IMG/VR virus record: IMGVR_UViG_3300037067_027672
Coordinates: 1 to 42,545 of that record
Strand: one strand, 5' to 3'
Length of the DNA: 42,545 bases
Source of the DNA: a virus
Shown here: one piece after another, positions 6,685 through 14,935 of the stretch
Layout: the number at the start of each line of letters is the position of its first letter
Numbering within the stretch: position 1 is the stretch's first letter
Notes under the pieces: generated by a model
Databases searched by the model: none
Told to the model about the DNA's origin: nothing
What the model saw: only the letters and a program-made list of their open reading frames with translations
Program-made: the position numbers and the translations under genes

Positions 6685-9125
6685 CTCTCCGACACAAATA
6701 TTAGAGATACTGTGAGAAATGTAGAATCGCCACTTCCGCCTTGTGTGGTTCTCAGCTCAATGGCATCATTCAGGTCTATCCTGTAATTGCTGGCATTTAT
6801 GCCGGTGGTGGTATGTGTCCAACTTGTGGCAACTGGCAGTCCGGTGTTGGAATTGTCGGTTCCGACTATGTTGCCCTCGATGGAAGCGGTCACTTTCGGA
6901 GCAGTGCCGCTATCAGCAGCCAGCGCTCGGTGGCTGATCCTCACCAGGTATGCAGGCGGCCCATGCCAGGGAGAGAAAGATTTTTGGAATGTTTGAATCA
7001 GGTTGGTCTTTGCTTCTGTGGCATAGGCCCCTGGAATAAGATAATCCACCTGGCAGACCATTTCGGGTGGCCCAGTCCATATCATATAGATAGTTCCTGA
7101 CAGCGGCGGGCCTGCGATGGTTAGCAGATTAGACGTTATAGCTGTGACAATCCCAAAATATGGTCCGCCTGCACTGGTCAGGTATTTTATTGGCGTGCCT
7201 ATCGGTATTGCATTTACCATGTTATATAGCATGGTTATGCTGGAAGAGCTGGCAGGAGTGGAGTAGAACACGCCCCATTGTGCAACCCATCTGCTGTTAT
7301 ATGCTACCAGGCCCGGTCCGGTGCAATCATATGTAAATAGACCACCGCCGATCGACATTGCCCCGACTTTTGGGGCGCTGCATTTCTCAGAGATTACTGT
7401 GGAATGTGGCGGTATATAAAATATATATGTGTCATAAGCATCGGCCACAAATTCGCAGCCTGTAAATTTCAATTCAGCAGTTATTGTCTCTTCAAACTCT
7501 TTCAGATATACGCACGCACCCGGAACCCTCACTTCCTGTTGCTGCTCGTTCAGGTAAGAGTAGGTATATGCATGGAACGTACAGTTATATGCCTCGACTA
7601 CCGCGGAGCCAAACACTTTCAGAGCCTGGAAAGCATCGAAGGTGCAATCTCTGAATTTGACCTGATCATAGCTTCCATCTTGTATATACCCGCCGCCATC
7701 GATGTAGGTCACATACTGTGAGGTCTTATTTGCAGTGAACCTGCACCCCACGATATCGATGTTTCGACTGCAATGTACCTGTAGTCCGTAGGAATGGACG
7801 ATAGCTCCAGTTATGTCCATGGTGCAACCGGAAACGACGCATCCATTGATGCACCAGATAGTGATTCCAGCGCGTTTGCAGGTTACTCCGGTGATGGAAA
7901 TATTATCATATTCGCGAGTAGCGTAATCAGTGTTACCCAATACCTCCAAACCTATGCTGCCATCGTAGATGACAGAATTAGATATGGAAACATCAGCCGT
8001 AGTATCCAAGCATATTGCAGATTTATAGCAATTCTTCGCATATATTCCAGAAATTATAACACCTTTCGTTGGCCCGCTACCATTATTACCAAGATAAGCC
8101 CCATAGCCAAAGGAATCTTTCAGCTCGACATTCAATATTTTCTCGTTGGTTCGAACGCTTCCAGAGAGGTATAGGCCCGGCCCATCTATTGCTGAGACTA
8201 TCTCCTGATTAGCTCGATTCCCATCCAACGTCAGATTCGCCAGAGTGAAGGACGTAAATCCATTATTCATATCGCCGGTAGTTCGATTCAGAATCAGAAC
8301 TGCCAGGTGGCCGGAATAGTGCTGGTTATTGGCCATTTTCAGGATGGTTACACCAGGACCAGACCCGTACACATGGCAATTCTTTCCTTCCATTGCCGGG
8401 CCAAAGGCATAGTAAAATGGGTTGGTCGTACTATTATTTGATAGATAGAAGAGCTTGTTAGCTTCCAGGATGTAGGTTCCTGGACCTATGCCTATGCTTC
8501 CATTATTCGGGCATCCAGCAGCAGCGGCATCGAATACGTCGGTATCATCAACACCCGCTATACCGCTTTCAAGAATGGTGCCGTCCGCTTTCCTGGCTAT
8601 GATCTCAGTGCCTCTCTGAAAGATCTCAACAGAATGTATAATGTTGAAATCTGCAGGAATAGCAGGCACCACAATGTTCCGGATATGTTCATTTCGGATG
8701 CTGGCTGCATTGGCTGGGACCATGATCTCAGCCAGAAGCAGCCCGTCATTGGTGCTGAAATCAGCCGGATAGGGCTCTTCCCATTTCTGCCAAATATCCT
8801 CCATCATGGGCTTCTTTGCGCTGGCAGCGCCTTTCAGAATGGCTAGATTACCGTCAGGTGCTAAATAGAGCAAATCGATTCTAGGGTTGGAGTCCGAAGC
8901 AGCTATTGGGACATTGGTTGTGCTCGTTTTCGCTCCGACGATCCCATTTAAGACATAGCTGAACGGCCCTACATCAATGCTCATATTAGCGCCTGCTGCT
9001 CTTTCGGTGATCGCTGGCGGCTTGTCAGGTATCACATGGCTGCCAGCGTGGGCTCCCAACAAGCTAGCAAGATGAGGATAACGAAATACATGATCCCTAA
9101 GCACATCAGTTTTCATCGAAGGCAT
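6681..9125 (-). CDS. Tail fibre/spike with parallel beta-helix (pectate-lyase-like) domain
   Basis: N-terminal virion-anchor segment (PRIDLLYL); DDTDVFDAA...IGPGTYIL, VYGSGPGVTILK, LTLDGNRANQ and repeated ISGxxxxNC beta-helix rungs. Confidence 0.8.
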   Translation of the reverse strand: MPSMKTDVLRDHVFRYPHLASLLGAHAGSHVIPDKPPAITERAAGANMSIDVGPFSYVLNGIVGAKTSTTNVPIAASDSNPRIDLLYLAPDGNLAILKGAASAKKPMMEDIWQKWEEPYPADFSTNDGLLLAEIMVPANAASIRNEHIRNIVVPAIPADFNIIHSVEIFQRGTEIIARKADGTILESGIAGVDDTDVFDAAAAGCPNNGSIGIGPGTYILEANKLFYLSNNSTTNPFYYAFGPAMEGKNCHVYGSGPGVTILKMANNQHYSGHLAVLILNRTTGDMNNGFTSFTLANLTLDGNRANQEIVSAIDGPGLYLSGSVRTNEKILNVELKDSFGYGAYLGNNGSGPTKGVIISGIYAKNCYKSAICLDTTADVSISNSVIYDGSIGLEVLGNTDYATREYDNISITGVTCKRAGITIWCINGCVVSGCTMDITGAIVHSYGLQVHCSRNIDIVGCRFTANKTSQYVTYIDGGGYIQDGSYDQVKFRDCTFDAFQALKVFGSAVVEAYNCTFHAYTYSYLNEQQQEVRVPGACVYLKEFEETITAELKFTGCEFVADAYDTYIFYIPPHSTVISEKCSAPKVGAMSIGGGLFTYDCTGPGLVAYNSRWVAQWGVFYSTPASSSSITMLYNMVNAIPIGTPIKYLTSAGGPYFGIVTAITSNLLTIAGPPLSGTIYMIWTGPPEMVCQVDYLIPGAYATEAKTNLIQTFQKSFSPWHGPPAYLVRISHRALAADSGTAPKVTASIEGNIVGTDNSNTGLPVATSWTHTTTGINASNYRIDLNDAIELRTTQGGSGDSTFLTVSLIFVSER

Positions 9126-9389
9126 TTACATCTCCCTGAGTTTTATAATATTTTTTCTCTTAAGAACTTCAATTAGACTCATGGCCCGCCCTCTTCGATC
9201 GACCTTCCCGGCCAGCAGATCCTCATGAAGAGCTTCGCAGTTAGCCATGGCCTCCTCCCAGATCACAGCCCCCGCTGGAAGATCAAGGCAGTGAATATCA
9301 AAATTGGCTTCCAGCATGAAAGTATGCTGATCCACAGTCTCTCTGAGCCCTGGGAATAGCCAGTCAACCAGTCTATCCCTGACGCTCAT
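9126..9389 (-). CDS. Hypothetical tail-region protein
   Basis: 87-aa ORF abutting the fibre gene within the tail operon. Confidence 0.55.
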   Translation of the reverse strand: MSVRDRLVDWLFPGLRETVDQHTFMLEANFDIHCLDLPAGAVIWEEAMANCEALHEDLLAGKVDRRGRAMSLIEVLKRKNIIKLREM

Positions 9390-9894
9390 CTATTCGCCTC
9401 CTGGCAGCCAATGGAGCCATTAGAGTGGGAATTTTGATTTTGATATCGTTCGCCAATCGAGGATCTTTCTTTCTCATCCTCTCCTGCCGTTCCGCCTCCA
9501 ATTGGGCTGCCTTGATCTGCTTTTCAGCTTGGGCTAGGGTCTGGAGAGGCACAGCCGGAAGCTCTTTTCCTGAATTAGTCTTCATCGCCGGTCGCTCGGG
9601 CCGGTAACGGCAAATTAAGAGTCTTCCCTCGGGCGATTCTGGATCTAGATCATAAACCGATATCAGAGGATAATCTCCATGGATCTCATGGTGCCCCTCC
9701 GAAGTCGTCACCCAATACCGATTTCTCCCGCGGTATTTAGCAGGTATCTCTCCGCCTGTGCTATCATATTTCTCATAAAGCCTGCAAGCCAGGTTGTACT
9801 CTGCAATCTCCTGGATAATCTCCCTGAGGCGGTAAGGATTGATAGGCACCTCATCTACCTCGGGCACATATTTAGTGTTCAGCCCAAAATCCAT
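9373..9894 (-). CDS. Hypothetical tail-region protein
   Basis: 173-aa ORF with a C-terminal coiled coil; overlaps the next gene. Confidence 0.6.
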   Translation of the reverse strand: MDFGLNTKYVPEVDEVPINPYRLREIIQEIAEYNLACRLYEKYDSTGGEIPAKYRGRNRYWVTTSEGHHEIHGDYPLISVYDLDPESPEGRLLICRYRPERPAMKTNSGKELPAVPLQTLAQAEKQIKAAQLEAERQERMRKKDPRLANDIKIKIPTLMAPLAARRRIDERQG

Positions 9895-9935
9895 ATCATC
9901 ACCTTAACATAATTTTTATTCGCTAAAAATGCATA

Positions 9936-12173
9936 TCAGAAAGCAGATATTATGGCACTGACTGACACATTACCAGATATGGAGCATTTCACCGGACCTT
10001 GGCCCATGTATTCAGATACTTCAAAAGTTAGGGTGTTCCTTGATCCTACCGAAACCAGCTCGGATATGTCTATATTATCCAGCGAATCCCCTATGTATAG
10101 CCCGCCCGAGCCTGCGAAAGGTGAACCAGGCACATGTTTGCTGTTGCATTTCACGCTCAGAACCAGCAAGGCAGCCGATCCGGTAGAGAGGCAGTTCACC
10201 GCGAAATTGATTTTATCGCCGATCTCATCTAGGATCTGATCCAGATGCTGAGGAGAACCGGCGCGTGTTTGGGCACCTTCCCATGCTGTCTCATGTGACT
10301 GCGATCCGGCTTCATTCGTATAATGATAAGGCAGGGTGTGCTTATGGGAACCTACACAAACACTTGGGAATCTTGAAGTAGGGCCAAAATAGGTTGAAGC
10401 AGAGTCAGTGCCGTCATTGATTGTCACAACGACATCAGCATAGCCGAATTGGGATACATATGCTACACCATAGGCGAAAAAGTACATGTTATGATAGTGT
10501 CCCCAAGCCCCAATGCTGCTTTGAGAATATGGCCCCCATCCGCTATAGCCATAGATATCAGCCAGCCCCTCATAAACCCCGGTAACATCCTGAGCCGGAA
10601 CGCCGTGAGCAGTCATTGGCTTTGAGCTGGTGGACCTTCCGCCATAGCCGCCGTGCGATCCTACATTACCATGGCCCGCGCCCGTTACGGTGGCAGATTT
10701 CACTGAAGACTTGAACCAATCTAACCTCACATCCAGAAGCACCTGGAAAGGAAAATTAGGATCTATCTCTCCGTTCTCCTCGGAGCTGCGCAAATCAAAT
10801 TCGACTACTAGAGGCGTGCTGCTATCAACATTCTGTGGGCTGATCTGCCAGGTCCAAGCGTTTTTGCTGTGGATACCATAGAAGCTGGAGAGTGTTCGCT
10901 GGATTTCATCTCCAGCCCTGAGAAGTTCTTTGATAGTCCTAAGCCTTTGGCCCACCTCCATGAACATAGCGCCATCCGGTTTCATCTGGATGTGCTTGAT
11001 CCTTCGGACGACTGGCATATGTCGATCCCGGCGGATCTCAACATAATTGCCCACGGACTGAGCCCAATCCTGATCCAGAGTCTGAATATTGTATATTGTT
11101 GGATCAGCATAATCCTGGAAGGCTTTTTCTGTGGCCGTTCGCAGCATGTCTCCATATAAGCCCGGTGCTTGATAGACTGCTTCTCTCCACACGCCAGGAG
11201 CCGTGGCCTGTCCCATAGCTGTAGCAGCCTGTCTGGTCATGCCGCTACCTGCTCCTTGCCCTATCAATGCCTGGATTTCACCCAGGCCGTCGATGGTGTC
11301 GGTGGATATCTCAGCATTCTTGCCATCGATATACGTTGCTGTCGGCGAATTATCACTCCCTTTCCCGAGCACGGTTTTTCCATCAATATACACAAGCTCG
11401 TCTTTCCCGTATCTGGGTTGATACTCCAACCCCCCGGCCAATATCAGAGACTTGATCGTTGGGAGAAGTTCAGTCTCCCCCACCTCAAAACATACCTGGA
11501 AGGTTTGGTTGCCGTTCTCCAGGGCACCCAACCTCAGCATAGTGTCCTTGAAGCTCGGGATGAGTATGAGATGATAATCCGGGCTCCTGTTGTCAGTCGT
11601 CCAAAGATACAGATCGTTTGAGGATTGATACCATGTTCCTGGGGATGTCGGGATGTCCGAGACTTTGGTTAGCAATGTTGTACCCTGGAAGAGCTGGCTG
11701 ATAGCCCCGAGATGAGATGAAGTCCCTCTTCCAGCCCACCGATAGACAGCTCCTGAGTGGCGGATGAAAGATCCCTTGGGAACCAGGCTATTTGCCATAG
11801 CAAGCAGGCCCACAACGCTTCCCCCGAGATTTTCCGAAAGCATAGCATTCAAGGTGGTCCCTGCTGGATACCTATAGAAAGCCCCTATCCGGTCCTCTAA
11901 TAGAGCCTCCGCTGAATCCAAGGTCAGAGTATCATATTCTGGCTTGCTCTGATCGAACTTCTTGACGTGCCCTAAAAGAATGGTCTTGCCGCGCCGAACT
12001 ACCTTTACCGTCCCCCTGGGATGGACCGCAGAGCCTTTCTCTATTTTGGCAACCATCCTTCTGGGGCGATCCATGAATTCATCATAAATCGGCAGGTCTG
12101 CCAAGGTAGGGTAGACTTTCCCGCCGTCTGGATTGGTGATGATGATATCGAGGTCTTTCATTGAGCGTGCCAC
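9936..12173 (-). CDS. Tail tip/hub (Tal-like) protein
   Basis: Position after the Dit-like gene; hub-like features (LLGHVKKFD...LTLDSAEALL; IQALIGQGAG; DQDWAQSVGNYVEI); C-terminal His-rich segment. Confidence 0.65.
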   Translation of the reverse strand: MARSMKDLDIIITNPDGGKVYPTLADLPIYDEFMDRPRRMVAKIEKGSAVHPRGTVKVVRRGKTILLGHVKKFDQSKPEYDTLTLDSAEALLEDRIGAFYRYPAGTTLNAMLSENLGGSVVGLLAMANSLVPKGSFIRHSGAVYRWAGRGTSSHLGAISQLFQGTTLLTKVSDIPTSPGTWYQSSNDLYLWTTDNRSPDYHLILIPSFKDTMLRLGALENGNQTFQVCFEVGETELLPTIKSLILAGGLEYQPRYGKDELVYIDGKTVLGKGSDNSPTATYIDGKNAEISTDTIDGLGEIQALIGQGAGSGMTRQAATAMGQATAPGVWREAVYQAPGLYGDMLRTATEKAFQDYADPTIYNIQTLDQDWAQSVGNYVEIRRDRHMPVVRRIKHIQMKPDGAMFMEVGQRLRTIKELLRAGDEIQRTLSSFYGIHSKNAWTWQISPQNVDSSTPLVVEFDLRSSEENGEIDPNFPFQVLLDVRLDWFKSSVKSATVTGAGHGNVGSHGGYGGRSTSSKPMTAHGVPAQDVTGVYEGLADIYGYSGWGPYSQSSIGAWGHYHNMYFFAYGVAYVSQFGYADVVVTINDGTDSASTYFGPTSRFPSVCVGSHKHTLPYHYTNEAGSQSHETAWEGAQTRAGSPQHLDQILDEIGDKINFAVNCLSTGSAALLVLSVKCNSKHVPGSPFAGSGGLYIGDSLDNIDISELVSVGSRNTLTFEVSEYMGQGPVKCSISGNVSVSAIISAF

Positions 12174-13846
12174 CTGGATCTAAAAGAGGTCTGGATTTTC
12201 GCTCTAGACGATCCCGAGCCCTCTATTCTTAGCTTCCGGTATTCTTGGGTCGGGCAAACCGGAAGTTGATCATACTGGCTGCTGATGTCTCGGTCGAACG
12301 CGAAAGCAACATCCTGGATAGTCATGCTCGATCCAGAGGGAGAATAGAACCGCACATAGACTGTCTGGAGCTTTTCAGTGCCCGTAAGGTAATACTTTTT
12401 TGTGCCGTTTTCAATTTCTTCGGCATCGACAGCTGTCTGCCAGTTTGCTCCATCTATTGAGAACTGGATCTGAGGCGATCCGGACTTTGAGATTGTGGCT
12501 ATCAGTTCTATATCATCTTTTAGGGGGTGCCCCTGGAATTTGTAATAGAACCATCTGCCAGCCGGTACGCTCACTTGCCCATTCGCAAGAACACAACCTT
12601 CCTGGATAACGTCGTATTGCCAATAGTTGTTGGTACTGTAATCATCGGCATAAGTATGTCTAAGATATCGTTTATGCCAGCCGTCCAACGTGAGTTCTAC
12701 GTATTCATTGGAAAGCAAACCGGGACCGATATATAGATTGCTCTCCTCTGATCCGTTCAGGGCTTTGATACTGGGATGGGTGAGCTGCAACCCTCCGGAG
12801 TGGAACCCACCGATCTTGAACAAAATCGGTGCCGGTGCCGTACCATGATTGAATTTGTAGGCATCTTCCCAGGGCAGAGCACTAACACCAAATAACAGCC
12901 CCTGATCCCATGAATCATACATGCAGGGATCTTCCATCCAGCAGGTTACCCTCTGCACCGGCCCCCTGGCATTCTTAATCTTCTCTGGGTTCGTAGCTAT
13001 CTTTTTCACATAATAGAACCTGTCAGATCGGCCTATATGGAGCACATAGTTCTCTGCATCATTATTCACGATCCGCTGGAAGGCTAAACGCTCAGTGTCA
13101 TTATTGAAATAGACATGGAACATGTATTCGCCTCCCTTGATGCCTTTGTCCTTGATGCTCACCCTTCGGCCTTCTGGCAACCCCAACCTGGCTGTCTCGA
13201 TCCCAAAACCATCCGGCTTAGGATCGGCCACTTTACCGGACAAGTCCAAGACCGCACCCTCCGGGCCGATAGCCCAGTAATGCTTGTCCAAAATCGTCAT
13301 GCTCGCAGGCATCGTACAAGCCCTCAGATCGGATATATTTATGTTAGTTGATGTATATATATCCAAGCTGTCTGATATGCTGATGGATGCATCGGCAAAT
13401 AATTCTCCATATTCTGCTATATTGATATTAGAGAATATGCTGTGATCGACATCGCCCGAAATGGTCATACCGGCAAGAGTGGATTTGGTCGCATACCCGA
13501 GGATGGACATGGCTGCCAAAGTCTGATGATATCGAACGGCTATAATGGACAGGTTTGTGGAGACGCTTCGTACTTCTCTGTCTGATATGCTCATGTTGGC
13601 AAGAGTCTGGATAGGTATCCTGCCAATAATGGACATGTTTGCCAGGATCTGCCTGTGGTTGTATGGATCGATGTCCATATTAGCGTGAGTGTAGAGCATA
13701 TGAACACCAACTATGTTCATATTGGCCTGCATCCATAGGCTTCTCCTATCCAGAATGGTTATGTTTGCCAGGGCTGCCAGCTCTTCAGCGCCGGTGCTAG
13801 CTATACCCAAGCGACCAATACCTATCCGACTCTTGCCAATTATCAT
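12158..13846 (-). CDS. Distal tail (Dit-like) protein with N-terminal 14-aa repeats
   Basis: C-terminal Dit-like pattern (RVTCWMEDPCMY...FNHGTAPAPILFKI); 12 repeats of (A/T/S)-x-(M/I/L)-x-I at 14-aa spacing. Confidence 0.65.
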   Translation of the reverse strand: MIIGKSRIGIGRLGIASTGAEELAALANITILDRRSLWMQANMNIVGVHMLYTHANMDIDPYNHRQILANMSIIGRIPIQTLANMSISDREVRSVSTNLSIIAVRYHQTLAAMSILGYATKSTLAGMTISGDVDHSIFSNINIAEYGELFADASISISDSLDIYTSTNINISDLRACTMPASMTILDKHYWAIGPEGAVLDLSGKVADPKPDGFGIETARLGLPEGRRVSIKDKGIKGGEYMFHVYFNNDTERLAFQRIVNNDAENYVLHIGRSDRFYYVKKIATNPEKIKNARGPVQRVTCWMEDPCMYDSWDQGLLFGVSALPWEDAYKFNHGTAPAPILFKIGGFHSGGLQLTHPSIKALNGSEESNLYIGPGLLSNEYVELTLDGWHKRYLRHTYADDYSTNNYWQYDVIQEGCVLANGQVSVPAGRWFYYKFQGHPLKDDIELIATISKSGSPQIQFSIDGANWQTAVDAEEIENGTKKYYLTGTEKLQTVYVRFYSPSGSSMTIQDVAFAFDRDISSQYDQLPVCPTQEYRKLRIEGSGSSRAKIQTSFRSRWHAQ

Positions 13847-13865
13847 GGTTCCTCAGCTAGTTTCC

Positions 13866-14480
13866 TTAGCTAGTGACAGAATACCTCATGTAGATTGTAG
13901 CGGGCACGGTGGAACCTGCTGAACAATTAGTCCCCAGGGTGCCCTGGAGCCGCACGAATTTGGATATTCTTTGTGCGGATGACAGTGGGCCAATAGAACT
14001 CGCTCCACCAACCAGGCCAATGTTTTTCATATTCGCAGCGTTGTAGGTGGCCAGAAGATCGGTCTTGGATGAAGTCAATCCCTGAGCGACCATCTCAGTT
14101 CCGCTGTCATCGGTCACGCCCGTTGCCCGCACATATGTATCATCGGTATCGTCAGCAATGAATATCTGAGCCCCGGTCCATGGAACATAGCCTTGAGGAT
14201 TAGGTTCAGGTACGGACGGAACACCACCAGAATAGATTTTGGGATCGCTGTATATTTCGCTGCCTAACACATCGCTATAGAGCGCTATTGTGGCCGTAAA
14301 GCTGTGTTTATTGCCAATCGTAGGTTTTGGCACTGGATGCGTGGCATTGAACAGATAGGTCTCAGTCGAGTCCCCGTCATATGTTTTCAGTTTCAATCCT
14401 ATTGGATTCGCCCCGCCTGAGATATCGACCTCGGACGGCCCGGAACCATAGTATCGCCTGATATGAACTGACATTTTCAC
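13866..14480 (-). CDS. Tail-associated beta-rich protein
   Basis: 204-aa G/S/T-rich ORF between tape measure and Dit-like genes. Confidence 0.55.
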   Translation of the reverse strand: MKMSVHIRRYYGSGPSEVDISGGANPIGLKLKTYDGDSTETYLFNATHPVPKPTIGNKHSFTATIALYSDVLGSEIYSDPKIYSGGVPSVPEPNPQGYVPWTGAQIFIADDTDDTYVRATGVTDDSGTEMVAQGLTSSKTDLLATYNAANMKNIGLVGGASSIGPLSSAQRISKFVRLQGTLGTNCSAGSTVPATIYMRYSVTS

Positions 14481-14935
14481 ACCTTTATAAATCTATATAA
14501 ATCGTATTTGATCGTGTTCTTTACCTCGCTAATAAAATAACCAGAAGAACTGAAATCCACTTCTCCATGACCGTCTGGAAAGATCTGAAGTTCAGCCCGG
14601 AAGCCATCCAGCAAGGGCACGGTTGAAAGTGCCACTCTGCCAGGATCGGGCCAATATCCTCGTTCTAATGCCATCACATAGATCAGTTTAGGCGTATTAT
14701 CCGCATCCGGGCCTTTCATCACTATTTCTACTCGATCTGTGCGGAGAAATGCAGTATAACCGTCTGGAACTTCTGCTTCAAGCACCGCCTGAGCAGATAG
14801 AGAAGATAGAGGTTCTATCCTGATCTTGGTAGCAGTCTGGAAAATCGGTTCAAAGCTGCTGTGGTTAGCAGCGCTGATCCATTTGCCGGATGGCAGTTTT
14901 GCCATCCAGTAATGAGAATCCCAATCATGAATCAT
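14477..14935 (-). CDS. Hypothetical tail-region protein
   Basis: 152-aa ORF with ATGA overlaps to both neighbours. Confidence 0.6.
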   Translation of the reverse strand: MIHDWDSHYWMAKLPSGKWISAANHSSFEPIFQTATKIRIEPLSSLSAQAVLEAEVPDGYTAFLRTDRVEIVMKGPDADNTPKLIYVMALERGYWPDPGRVALSTVPLLDGFRAELQIFPDGHGEVDFSSSGYFISEVKNTIKYDLYRFIKV

